Of a DNA stretch of 64,000 nt, positions 50,741 through 60,485 are shown piece after piece. The notes beneath the pieces were generated by a model that worked only from the letters and a program-made list of their open reading frames with translations, was not told the DNA's origin and did not search any database. The position numbers and the translations under genes were made by a program. How positions within the stretch are numbered: position 1 is the stretch's first letter; each line of letters begins with the position of its first letter. This DNA comes from a virus. The stretch spans positions 64,001-128,000 of IMG/VR virus record IMGVR_UViG_3300037851_000359. One strand, given 5' to 3'.

Positions 50741-52504
50741 ATGAAATTAGAGATAAAAGAAATAGAGATTAAGAATTTTTTTAGTGTTGGTTCAAAACCC
50801 ATTAAAATAATTTATGAACCAGGATTACATGCTGTTACAGGTAGAGTTATAGGACAACCCACGAATAATGGTGTTGGTAAAAGTGCTATTTTTATTGATT
50901 CATTAATTTTTGGATTCTTTGGAAAAAGTGTCCGTGGATTAACCCAATCTGGAATTGTTAATAGTATTAATGAAAAAGATTGTTATGTTCATATAAAATT
51001 TATTTTAGATAATATACCCTATCGTATTGAACGGGGATTAAAACCAAATTATTTATACCTTATCAATGAAACTGAAGATAATAAAGAACATAATGCTAAG
51101 AAATTGACTCAAGATGATATTAATAATTTATTAAATATTAATTATACAAGTTTTATTAATATGATTACATTAAATATTAACTATTCACAATCATTTTTCA
51201 AAATGAAAGCTGAACAAAAGAGAGATTTTTTAGAAAATTTATTAAATATATCAATATATGCAAAAATGTTTGATAATTGTAAAGAGGATTTTAATGATTT
51301 AAAACATTCAATAAATACTCAAGAAGCAGTTTTAAAAACAGAAATACAAGCATATAAATCTAAATTGGATTCTTATAAAAAAATTGATGAATTAAAACAA
51401 CAATTTGAACAACAACAAAAATTATCTATAGAAAAAATAACTAATGATATTAAAAAATTAGAAGATCAATTAAATTCAATTAATATTTCAGATGTTAATT
51501 ATGATGATGTTCTAGATAATTTAAATAATGATATAAATGAACAGGTAAGAATTATTAATGTATTAAATATAAATATTTCAAATAATAAAAAAGAAATTAC
51601 TAACAATGATAATTTAATTAAAAAGTTGACGGCATCCCCTGTATGTTCAGAATGTGGAACCCCAACAACTTCAGATCATGTTACAAGTCATATTAAATCA
51701 TTACAAGATAATAATTTAGAGTTAAAAAATAAAAATATTGAAGATCAAAATAAAATTGACTCTCATACTGTTAATAAAACTAAATTAACAACCGAATTTT
51801 ATACTATTAAAGATAAAAAGGATAAAAAGAATAATCAAGTAACTCAAAAAAATATTATTGTAAATAATATTAATAATTTAAAAAATAATTTAAAAAATGA
51901 ACAGAATAAATCATTTAATATGTCAATAATATCCAAAGATGAATTAATAACTATGAAATCTGCCATAGAAGAACGTAAGAAAACTTATGATGATCAAAAG
52001 AAACAATTTAAAATATCTGAATATATGAAAGATGTATTAGGTGATAAAGGGGTTAAAAAATTTGTTATTTCCAAAATATTGCCATTATTAAACAAGAAAA
52101 TGAATCATCATTTAGCTATTTTAAAAGCCCATTATACTATAAAATTTGATAATGAATTAAATGAAGTTATTAAATCAAGAAATCGTGATGTATTTTGTTA
52201 TGAAAACTTCTCTGCTGGTGAACAAAAAAGAATTGATTTGGCTTGGATGTTTACTATATTAGATATTTCAAAATTAAGAAATTCTGTAGAATGTAATGTA
52301 TTGATTATGGATGAAATTTTAGATTCTTCTATGTGTGCTAATGGTATTGATTCATTAATGAATTACATTAAATTGGACTTTAAAACTGTTAATAAAGACA
52401 TGTGTATTTATGTTATAACTCATAAAAATGAAATAAATAATGAAATGTTTGATAATGTTATAAAACTTAAAAAAGAAAATCACTTTACTAAATTGGACGT
52501 TTAA
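50741..52504 (+). CDS. gp46: Rad50/SbcC-like recombination ATPase (gp46)
   Basis: IKNFFSVG, NGVGKS, CSECG hook, FSAGEQKRIDLA, IMDE, VITH. Confidence 0.93.
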   Translation: MKLEIKEIEIKNFFSVGSKPIKIIYEPGLHAVTGRVIGQPTNNGVGKSAIFIDSLIFGFFGKSVRGLTQSGIVNSINEKDCYVHIKFILDNIPYRIERGLKPNYLYLINETEDNKEHNAKKLTQDDINNLLNINYTSFINMITLNINYSQSFFKMKAEQKRDFLENLLNISIYAKMFDNCKEDFNDLKHSINTQEAVLKTEIQAYKSKLDSYKKIDELKQQFEQQQKLSIEKITNDIKKLEDQLNSINISDVNYDDVLDNLNNDINEQVRIINVLNINISNNKKEITNNDNLIKKLTASPVCSECGTPTTSDHVTSHIKSLQDNNLELKNKNIEDQNKIDSHTVNKTKLTTEFYTIKDKKDKKNNQVTQKNIIVNNINNLKNNLKNEQNKSFNMSIISKDELITMKSAIEERKKTYDDQKKQFKISEYMKDVLGDKGVKKFVISKILPLLNKKMNHHLAILKAHYTIKFDNELNEVIKSRNRDVFCYENFSAGEQKRIDLAWMFTILDISKLRNSVECNVLIMDEILDSSMCANGIDSLMNYIKLDFKTVNKDMCIYVITHKNEINNEMFDNVIKLKKENHFTKLDV

Positions 52505-52740
52505 TGAAAAATCTAAAAACTATTATTGTTAATGATGTATTTTATTCTTCTGAAAGTTTTGTTGTTAGCTGTTGTTATAACTATATTTATATTCCATTTT
52601 TTAATATTTTTTCTTCTACTGTTAAGCGAACTATTAAAAGTAATGTTTGGGAATCAGTTAGAACAAAATTAATTCACCGGCATTTTTCTAATAATAATTT
52701 AGATTTTAATGCTTTGCAACAATATAAGGAGAATTTATGA
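52504..52740 (+). CDS. Small hypothetical protein
   Basis: Coupled ORF ending NALQQYKENL. Confidence 0.5.
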   Translation: MKNLKTIIVNDVFYSSESFVVSCCYNYIYIPFFNIFSSTVKRTIKSNVWESVRTKLIHRHFSNNNLDFNALQQYKENL

Positions 52741-52957
52741 AAACTATATATCATCATATTCAAGGAAAACAGGAATCCAAATGTTATAACAATTTTTTAG
52801 CGATTGATTATTACTATTTTGTTATAAGCGACTATATATCAAGAAAAGTTAATATACCTCTTTTGGTTATGCGGTCACATAATTTAAATTCTATGTATTC
52901 AAATTTTAGATTAATTAAATATAATGCTTTACAACAATATAAGGAGAATTTATGAAA
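52707..52957 (+). repeat. 36-bp direct repeat (35/36 identical) flanking a 215-bp gene unit
   Basis: TAATGCTTT[G/A]CAACAATATAAGGAGAATTTATGAAA at 52707-52742 and 52922-52957. Confidence 0.9.
52737..52955 (+). CDS. Small hypothetical protein
   Basis: AAGGAG SD; ends NALQQYKENL. Confidence 0.5.
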   Translation: MKTIYHHIQGKQESKCYNNFLAIDYYYFVISDYISRKVNIPLLVMRSHNLNSMYSNFRLIKYNALQQYKENL

Positions 52958-53989
52958 CTTTTATTATTTTCAGATGTTCATTTAGGTGTTAGAAGAAATT
53001 CTTTATTATATATGGAGATTATTGAAAAATTCTTTAAAAATATTCACGATGTTATTCAAAATGAAAAAATTGATCATATATGGATACTTGGGGATCTTTT
53101 TGAAGATCAACATTTTATTAATTCATATATACTTAATAAAGCATTCGCTATTTTTGATGATTTATTAAATAATTTTAAAAATCTTCATATTAATATTATT
53201 ACTGGAAATCATGATATGTATTTTAAAAATGATTTATCAATAACTTCATTAAAGATGTTTATGAATTATCATAAAAATTTAAAAATAATCAATAAGATTG
53301 AGGAAGTGGATTATAATGGTTATAAAGTTATTGCGTATCCATGGTTATTTAAAAACAGTGAGGAATCAAAACAATTTAAAGAGAATACAAAATCCTATGA
53401 TTTATGTTTAGGTCATTTTGATATAACTGGATTTGAGTTAATAAAAGGTGTTGAATATTCAGGTGGTATGGTAGTAGATGATTTTAAATATTATGACATG
53501 GTATTTTCTGGTCATTTTCATATTAAGCAAACTAGAGGAAAGATAAATTATTGTGGGTGTCCTTATGAATTAAATTGGGGCGATTGTAATGATGAAAAAG
53601 GGGTATATGTTATAGATACCAATACAAAAAATGTTAAATTTATTAAAAATGATTATTCACCGAAACATATTAAGGCTAAATGTTCTCAAGTTGATTATTC
53701 TAATATTACGAATAATTTTATAAAATTATTTATTGATATTCCCATTAAGGATGATGTTCGTTTAAATATTATTACAAAAATTGAATCATTAAATCCTTTA
53801 GAATTATTAATTGAGGATGAGATTGAAGGTATTGAAGATACTCTTGAAGAAATTGATGATGAACAATTTGAAGGCAATGAAGTTCAATATATTAATAAGT
53901 ATATTGATCAGATTATTTTAAATGATCCTATTATTACTAAAGATGATCTAAAATTATATGCTAAATCTTTATATGATAAAAATTTATAA
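52952..53989 (+). CDS. gp47: Mre11/SbcD-like nuclease (gp47)
   Basis: SDVHLG, LGDLF, GNHD, GHF, SGHFH. Confidence 0.92.
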   Translation: MKLLLFSDVHLGVRRNSLLYMEIIEKFFKNIHDVIQNEKIDHIWILGDLFEDQHFINSYILNKAFAIFDDLLNNFKNLHINIITGNHDMYFKNDLSITSLKMFMNYHKNLKIINKIEEVDYNGYKVIAYPWLFKNSEESKQFKENTKSYDLCLGHFDITGFELIKGVEYSGGMVVDDFKYYDMVFSGHFHIKQTRGKINYCGCPYELNWGDCNDEKGVYVIDTNTKNVKFIKNDYSPKHIKAKCSQVDYSNITNNFIKLFIDIPIKDDVRLNIITKIESLNPLELLIEDEIEGIEDTLEEIDDEQFEGNEVQYINKYIDQIILNDPIITKDDLKLYAKSLYDKNL

Positions 53990-54017
53990 ATTATATTTAA
54001 AAATATAAATATATGGT

Positions 54018-55307
54018 ATGTATTATTTTAAAAATAAATTAAAACAATTGTTTGAAAATGTTGATGATCGTCAATCATTTATAAATTTAGCTGATGATAA
54101 AAAAGAAGATTATATTAAAGATCATTTTAAGTCAGGAAAAGAAATTCCAGGATGGTTATTAAATGATATTAAAAATGATGATAATTTAAAACAAATATAT
54201 TTTAGTGGTATATTTTTGTATGCTAAAAACAAAGAAATCCCTGAATGGATGTTGTCTTTTATTAAAAATAATGACTCTGTTAAACCTGCATATATTAACT
54301 TATTGATAAAAAATAATACTATAATTCCAAAATGGTTGTTAAATGATATTAAAAATGATGATTATTTAAAACATGCTTATATTTCTGAATTGATATTTAA
54401 TGCATCAGATATTCCTGAATGGTTGATACCAAGTTTAACCGATGAACAGATACGAAGATATTTATCTCGTATTATAAATCATGATAAAACTATACCAGAA
54501 TGGGCAATACCATCATTAAATACAGATCAATTCAGAACATATATTGAAACTTTATCAAAAACAAATACAGAGATTCCAGAATGGATAATTTCAAAATTAT
54601 CTAACGAAAGCAAAACATATTATGATAATTTCATTGCTAATCCCAAAAAATTAGCTGAAGAATATAATAAAAATTTTCATGGTTATTTTTTCCATACTGC
54701 TAATTATGCTCAAATTTTATATACTTTAAAAAACAGTAAAGATAAAATGTTATCGCCTGAAATATGTGTATGTTCTTTTGATTCCGAACGAATATTTAGA
54801 CCACAATATATTTTAGTTGGTAAAGGAAATTTAAGAATGTTATTTGATTTTGATTGTTATTCTGGTATTACCGATGACGGCATACATAGATATGCTACCG
54901 AACCCGTAAATGGTATTGATTTAGAAAAAACAAAAGTAGAAAGAATTGCAACTATTGGGGCTGAAATTATTCATAGTGAATATCATGATGAAGGATTTAT
55001 CAAACCTAAAGATGCTGAATTCTTTATATTATCACATGCTACTAAATCCAGAAACGATCCAGAAATACAAAAAATATTAAAAAATTATCCAGAACTACAT
55101 TGGATGGATTATAAAACATTCATGGCTAAATTAATAACACCACAATGGGATAAAACCTTACCAATATTGGATAAATTATATTATGGGGAAAATATTCCTC
55201 AAGATGACGAAAAATACAAACTTAAATCTCGACATAACAATGATTTAGATGAATCACAACTATTACAAGAAAAAATACAAAATATTTTTAGTCAATTAAA
55301 GTTTTGA
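54018..55307 (+). CDS. Late protein with six IPxW helical repeats and a putative ART-like domain
   Basis: IPGW/IPEW/IPKW repeats; FFHT..EICVCS..ILVGKG..FDFDCYS..HDEGFI; TATAAATA at 54004-54011. Confidence 0.5.
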   Translation: MYYFKNKLKQLFENVDDRQSFINLADDKKEDYIKDHFKSGKEIPGWLLNDIKNDDNLKQIYFSGIFLYAKNKEIPEWMLSFIKNNDSVKPAYINLLIKNNTIIPKWLLNDIKNDDYLKHAYISELIFNASDIPEWLIPSLTDEQIRRYLSRIINHDKTIPEWAIPSLNTDQFRTYIETLSKTNTEIPEWIISKLSNESKTYYDNFIANPKKLAEEYNKNFHGYFFHTANYAQILYTLKNSKDKMLSPEICVCSFDSERIFRPQYILVGKGNLRMLFDFDCYSGITDDGIHRYATEPVNGIDLEKTKVERIATIGAEIIHSEYHDEGFIKPKDAEFFILSHATKSRNDPEIQKILKNYPELHWMDYKTFMAKLITPQWDKTLPILDKLYYGENIPQDDEKYKLKSRHNNDLDESQLLQEKIQNIFSQLKF

Positions 55308-55632
55308 CATTTTTAATAGGAATTAATTGTTTAATATCAACGCCAGAATTATTGAAATCAATAATAGAATTATTATTATCAAATAATTTTCCATTATGAG
55401 CAATAATAGAGAATATTTGTAATTTATTATTGATATAATCATAACAAATAGATAATTTATTTGCAATAAGATTATAAGTTTTCTTTTTATCTAATGAAGG
55501 TATATTTAATTTAATATTTTTAATAGTTTTAACGCACCCTGTATAAGTTTTTGGTGGTTTGATTAACCTATTATAATAAAATATTTCAAGATTCGTACAT
55601 CGTGGTACGTCATCATCCTCTTTTTTAATCAT
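55288..55632 (-). CDS. Hypothetical protein
   Basis: AAAGGA SD. Confidence 0.5.
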   Translation of the reverse strand: MIKKEDDDVPRCTNLEIFYYNRLIKPPKTYTGCVKTIKNIKLNIPSLDKKKTYNLIANKLSICYDYINNKLQIFSIIAHNGKLFDNNNSIIDFNNSGVDIKQLIPIKNVKTLID

Positions 55633-55646
55633 ATTTTCAATCCTTT

Positions 55647-56372
55647 TTAAAGGTCATAAATAATTGAGTTGTTTTCTTGTTTTCCGAATGATTTAACAAT
55701 TTGTCCTGCGATACTATTTGCATCATCTTCAATTTTACCACCAACATCAGGAATTTTATCTTGTTTTAATTGTCCCGTGATATTTTGATTATGATGTACT
55801 AATTCATGGGCTAATGATCGTAAAATATCAGCAATGCTTCTATTTTTGCAATAAACATGAGCTTGTTCATTATCAATATCATAACATCCTGCGGTCATTC
55901 CTTTATTTCTATTTGATGTGAATATTATAGAAGGCAATTTATCCCAATTGAACCAATTTCCTACGAATGTTAAGAATTTATTAATAATATCTTTTTTAAC
56001 ATCATCAAATTCTATTTCAGGATCAATATGTACTTTTTCCAGAATAGTTTGGTTGAATGATTTTGTTTGAGGATGAGAAACGGCAGTCCATGAAACATTT
56101 TCTTTAATCATTGTACCTATTTTAGTAGTGTTATCATACATTTCAATCCATATTTTTTTATTTGGGTATTTTTCTTGTAGGATATTAGCTATTTTTTTAG
56201 CTTTATGTTCAACGAAATAATCTCCTAATGTTAATCCATTTGGATCATTTTTTGAGGTTGTTTTCAATTTATAATTAATAATTTTATGATTATTAATTGT
56301 AGAATTTTTCAATTCTTCAGAAAATTTTTCAATTAATGATTTGTCTATCGTTACTAATGGAGGAAGTTTCAT
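55647..56372 (-). CDS. Zincin-like metallopeptidase domain protein
   Basis: LRSLAHELVHHNQ (HExxH) and downstream EDDAN; TATAAATA at 56379-56386. Confidence 0.7.
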   Translation of the reverse strand: MKLPPLVTIDKSLIEKFSEELKNSTINNHKIINYKLKTTSKNDPNGLTLGDYFVEHKAKKIANILQEKYPNKKIWIEMYDNTTKIGTMIKENVSWTAVSHPQTKSFNQTILEKVHIDPEIEFDDVKKDIINKFLTFVGNWFNWDKLPSIIFTSNRNKGMTAGCYDIDNEQAHVYCKNRSIADILRSLAHELVHHNQNITGQLKQDKIPDVGGKIEDDANSIAGQIVKSFGKQENNSIIYDL

Positions 56373-56420
56373 AATTATTATTTATATTATATCAGCAAGT
56401 TTCAAGATATAAATAAAAAT

Positions 56421-58385
56421 ATGAAAATAAAAAATCTTTTTGAAGAAATATTAAATGAGTCAAGAATTGAACAAGAGTCCCGGCGAATTAATAAAGCCTT
56501 TGGAATGGATCTTGCTAAATTATTAAAAAATACTATTCCAGAACAAAATTCTAAACATTTATCAAAAGCAGTTGATTTATTTATTAATGAATATAAAAAT
56601 AATACTAATATTATTGGCCCCTTTTTACAATTTGTTAAAATGTATAGAATTTATTCTGAATTATATGCTGGACTTGATTGGCCATATAAAAATTACCAAG
56701 ATTTTGAACGAGAATTTGAAAAAATAGATTATAATTATTTTATAAATGATGTATTACCAACGATTTATAATAATACAAAAAATAAACAAAAAGACCTAAA
56801 GTTATTGAGAAAATTTTTAATAGACAATCCAGGGATTGAATTAGAATATGTTAATGATATATTTTCAAGATATTATGACACTGATTTGCCTCATGATAAT
56901 TTAAAAAATATTACATTTCCTGAATTTGAAAAACTTGTCAATTATAATTTTAATGCAAAAATTGAAAATTCTGATGAAAATTTTAATACTTCCAGTTTTG
57001 GAGAACCGCATTACGAAGATGAGAATTTTAAAATTTTTAAAGGAAAAGGACCAGAATTAACAAAAAAATTATGTGGACGTGGAAATCCGTATCATTTATG
57101 CATTGCTTCAAGTTCTTATAAATATCATTATTATGATTATAAATTAACATATGGTATGACTGATTATTTTGTTTATTTCAAAAATAATGAAATAAAAAAT
57201 AGATTTGAAAATGTTCCTTTTATTATAGTTGAAACATTATTATATGATAAAAAATATAAATTAAATAATATAAAATCAAATGCTGATGATGAAATTTCTG
57301 AGTATTATTTGAAAAAATATTTACCGGAATTAAAAGATAAAATCACTAATATTTTTAAATTTGAATTGCCATCTGATGATGAACTAAAATTAATGTTAGA
57401 TGAAAATTTTATTAATGATATCATCAGAGATAATGATACTATCATTACTATGAAAGAAAATTATATTAGATATATTTTTGAAACAACTAAAATAGACTTA
57501 AATAATATTCCAAAATTTATCAATGAATTGCTAATAACGCCACCAATGCCAGATAAAGAGGATTTAATATTTCTTATTATTGACTATCAATTAAACTCAC
57601 TCAATGATTTTTTAAACCTTCCTATTGAATATCAAAAAAAATTAATCACTTATGATTGTTTTGTTTCACGATTTTTAAGTAAATTTCATAATATTCCTGC
57701 CGAAATATTAAATTCGCTACCCAATAATGTTGCATATTCGGATTATATATATAACAGGAGAAACAAAATTCATATTAAAAATCTTCCCTTTATATATTTA
57801 AATAAAGTAAATGATTATGGCGATGGCGGAATAATAATTAAAGATTTGATTAATCAAACTGATAATTTTGAAGAATTAATGCCTGAATTATTAAAATACA
57901 ATATATCTTCAAAAGCATTTGAATTTATCTATATCTATGCTAAATTTTCGCATAACATACCAATTCCAGAAGAATTATGGAAAAAATTATTTCAAAATAA
58001 GGAAAAATCATTATCGTTATCTGCGTTATTTACGAATATAACTCAAAAGGATCCAACTTTAAACCATATCCCGCCTTTTGTTTTCGATTTATTAAATACA
58101 AATCAATTAGAGTATCTTTATAAGATTTCCCCTTATTATAACTCCCCCAATACTTGGAATTTAATAAACAAAAATCTTAAAAAGAATTTACTTTATAAAA
58201 ATCCTAAATATGCCTGGATATATTTTAAATATTTAAAATTTAATAATATCCCTAAAAAATTGTGGGATCATTTTACACAATCTGAATTATATACTGAATA
58301 TTATAAAGATGCGATTCCTGACCATATAACATTTTCGGACGATGAAACATTAGAAGAAAAAGTCAAAAAAATTTTTAACAGTTGA
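56421..58385 (+). CDS. Large hypothetical late protein (putative head-internal)
   Basis: TATAAATA at 56408-56415; MKIKNLFEEILNES start; C-terminal LEEKVKKIFNS. Confidence 0.6.
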   Translation: MKIKNLFEEILNESRIEQESRRINKAFGMDLAKLLKNTIPEQNSKHLSKAVDLFINEYKNNTNIIGPFLQFVKMYRIYSELYAGLDWPYKNYQDFEREFEKIDYNYFINDVLPTIYNNTKNKQKDLKLLRKFLIDNPGIELEYVNDIFSRYYDTDLPHDNLKNITFPEFEKLVNYNFNAKIENSDENFNTSSFGEPHYEDENFKIFKGKGPELTKKLCGRGNPYHLCIASSSYKYHYYDYKLTYGMTDYFVYFKNNEIKNRFENVPFIIVETLLYDKKYKLNNIKSNADDEISEYYLKKYLPELKDKITNIFKFELPSDDELKLMLDENFINDIIRDNDTIITMKENYIRYIFETTKIDLNNIPKFINELLITPPMPDKEDLIFLIIDYQLNSLNDFLNLPIEYQKKLITYDCFVSRFLSKFHNIPAEILNSLPNNVAYSDYIYNRRNKIHIKNLPFIYLNKVNDYGDGGIIIKDLINQTDNFEELMPELLKYNISSKAFEFIYIYAKFSHNIPIPEELWKKLFQNKEKSLSLSALFTNITQKDPTLNHIPPFVFDLLNTNQLEYLYKISPYYNSPNTWNLINKNLKKNLLYKNPKYAWIYFKYLKFNNIPKKLWDHFTQSELYTEYYKDAIPDHITFSDDETLEEKVKKIFNS

Positions 58386-58409
58386 CAATAATAAATAAAT
58401 TATTATAAT
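58382..58409 (+). promoter_or_regulatory. Consensus sigma70 promoter (leaderless rnh)
   Basis: TTGACA-N16-TATAAT-N7-ATG. Confidence 0.75.
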
Positions 58410-58416
58410 TATTTTC

Positions 58417-59376
58417 ATGAATAAAATTTTCATAGATTACAGAAACATGGCATATCGTAACTATTTTAAGGGTAAAAACGATATTTCAAGTATTGGCTAT
58501 TCATATTTTAAATATCTTATAATAAAGGAAATTTTTGATTATATTAAAAATTTTAGGGCAGATGAAATTGTTGTGGTAAATGATTCTACATTGAATTGGA
58601 GAAAAAAGATATATCCAGATTATAAAGGACAACGATCAAAAAATAGAGAAAAACAAGAAGATGTTGATTGGGAAACAGTTTTTAAAGAATTTGATTCATT
58701 ATTTTCGGAAATTAAACAATTTTTTCCATTCGTATCTTTAAATATTAATTATTGTGAAGCAGATGATATTATTGCGGTATTATCTAAATATGAAGATCAA
58801 TCTAAAAAAATTATAATTTCAACGGATGGCGATTACGTTCAATTATTAAAATATAACAATGTTAAAATTTATGATCCGAAAACTTGCACGATTGTAAAAT
58901 GTGATGATCCAGAAAAAGAATTAAAAATAAAAATATATTCCGGTGATGGTGGAGATAATATACCAAATATTTTAAAACGACACGTTGGGGACAAAATTAT
59001 TAACAAACGATTTGGGAAAGAAACTGCTAAAGAATATATTGATGGTTCTAAATCATTTAAACAATTATTAGAAGACACGACTCCAGTTATTGAAGATGGA
59101 AAACAAGTTTTAGTAGAAGGGCAGCAATTAACAGTTGGGTTGCAAGCTAAAATAGGATTAAAACGGAATACTATATTAATTGACCATAATTATATTCCTA
59201 CAAAATTGCAAGAAGTAATTAAAAAGGAATATGATAATTATGTAACTCCTTATGGGTCAAGTATTTATAATTATATTTCATATTATAATATGAGAGACTT
59301 GATAGATAATATTCAAATATATGAACCTTATATTAAAACATTATTAGAATATCAAGAAAATAAAAAAGTTTTTTAA
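58417..59376 (+). CDS. rnh: T4 RNase H-like 5'-3' exonuclease / flap endonuclease
   Basis: WRKKIYPDYKGQR, EADDIIA, STDGDYVQL, GDGGDNIPNI. Confidence 0.92.
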   Translation: MNKIFIDYRNMAYRNYFKGKNDISSIGYSYFKYLIIKEIFDYIKNFRADEIVVVNDSTLNWRKKIYPDYKGQRSKNREKQEDVDWETVFKEFDSLFSEIKQFFPFVSLNINYCEADDIIAVLSKYEDQSKKIIISTDGDYVQLLKYNNVKIYDPKTCTIVKCDDPEKELKIKIYSGDGGDNIPNILKRHVGDKIINKRFGKETAKEYIDGSKSFKQLLEDTTPVIEDGKQVLVEGQQLTVGLQAKIGLKRNTILIDHNYIPTKLQEVIKKEYDNYVTPYGSSIYNYISYYNMRDLIDNIQIYEPYIKTLLEYQENKKVF

Positions 59377-59834
59377 ATATTCAAATCTTTTTCAGTTAGA
59401 ATTTTAAATCCTATTCCTCTTTTATCACAAAATTCTTTTGCTGCCTCCCATTTGGCTTTATTTATTTGCCAGATTCTAGTTTCTGTTAATAAAGTGCTTT
59501 TCTTTTTGTTTCCATGATTCGTGGGTTCTTTAGTTTGTTTTTTAGGTTTTATTTCAATAACTTCAATATGTTCTTGTCCCGTCTTATCTACATATTTAAC
59601 GATAAAATCTGGATAGTACCGGCAATATTGTGCCTTTAATGGGTTATAATATGATATTGCTATAGCTTCAGAACTCCATTCAATAACATTATCTGAAACA
59701 TCTAAGAACCTCATAAATTTTAATTCATATGATGATCTATATACAGGAACCTTTTTTCCTTTAAATTTTTGAGGATTTAAAGGTCTATAAATACCTTTTT
59801 TAAAATCTTTGACGCTATTTCCCATTTTTATCAT
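59373..59834 (-). CDS. gp4: Head completion nuclease (gp4-like, TnsA-like fold)
   Basis: PLNPQKFKG, YRSSYELKFM, WSSE, RYYPDF, IEIKP, NKAKWEAA, FKILTE. Confidence 0.9.
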   Translation of the reverse strand: MIKMGNSVKDFKKGIYRPLNPQKFKGKKVPVYRSSYELKFMRFLDVSDNVIEWSSEAIAISYYNPLKAQYCRYYPDFIVKYVDKTGQEHIEVIEIKPKKQTKEPTNHGNKKKSTLLTETRIWQINKAKWEAAKEFCDKRGIGFKILTEKDLNI

Positions 59835-60363
59835 CTTCTAAAGATATTTTTGTTATTTCTTCTATCAATGTTAGTATTTTTGAATTGTTTGATTGTGGTT
59901 CTAAAACATAATCAAATTTTAATATTTTAATTTTATCTGCAATTTCTGGTTTTAATTCTCTGTATTCTTGATCTGCTTCGCCTAAGTGTCCAATAGCTAA
60001 ATGCATACAAATTTCTGGCAAATAATTTGTAAATTGAATATGAGATACGGATTCTATTAAATCCAAAATATTTGGTAACGTTTCTACAAACTCTCCATTA
60101 ATATAATAAATATATTTTAATCTCATATCTCTTATTATTTGGGAAATTTTTTTATCATAATTTAATAATTTATTTTCTAAATTTGCTAAATGTCCTATAG
60201 CTAACCATCCGTGACTCGGATAACCCAATTCAAATTCTTCCATGAGTATTTTTGCCTGGGTTATATGCATAATTGGGGTAAATGGTCCGCATTGCGATTC
60301 TAAGATATAAATTTCTGCCTGTGATAAATGTTTTCTAGTACAATCTGGACAAAAATTTCTCAT
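59815..60363 (-). CDS. Hypothetical protein with internal duplications
   Basis: HLSQAEI/HITQAKI and LAIGHL x2; N-terminal CPDC. Confidence 0.6.
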   Translation of the reverse strand: MRNFCPDCTRKHLSQAEIYILESQCGPFTPIMHITQAKILMEEFELGYPSHGWLAIGHLANLENKLLNYDKKISQIIRDMRLKYIYYINGEFVETLPNILDLIESVSHIQFTNYLPEICMHLAIGHLGEADQEYRELKPEIADKIKILKFDYVLEPQSNNSKILTLIEEITKISLEDDKNGK

Positions 60364-60415
60364 AAAAAATCCTCTATGCTATTTATTATAATCTTTATTT
60401 TATTATTTTCAAAAA

Positions 60416-60429
60416 TATTTATATAAATA
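60416..60429. promoter_or_regulatory. Overlapping divergent late promoters
   Basis: Palindrome TATTTATATAAATA gives TATAAATA on both strands, between the gp4 operon and the portal gene. Confidence 0.7.
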
Positions 60430-60485
60430 ACATTATGGAAAATTTTAATATTAGAGTTAAAATAATCCTAAAAAGGACTTAATAA

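Noticed and set aside
54152-54362. Near-identical ~30-bp repeats as a DGR template/variable pair
   Set aside because: They are coding repeats of the IPxW units; there is no reverse transcriptase and the match is too short.
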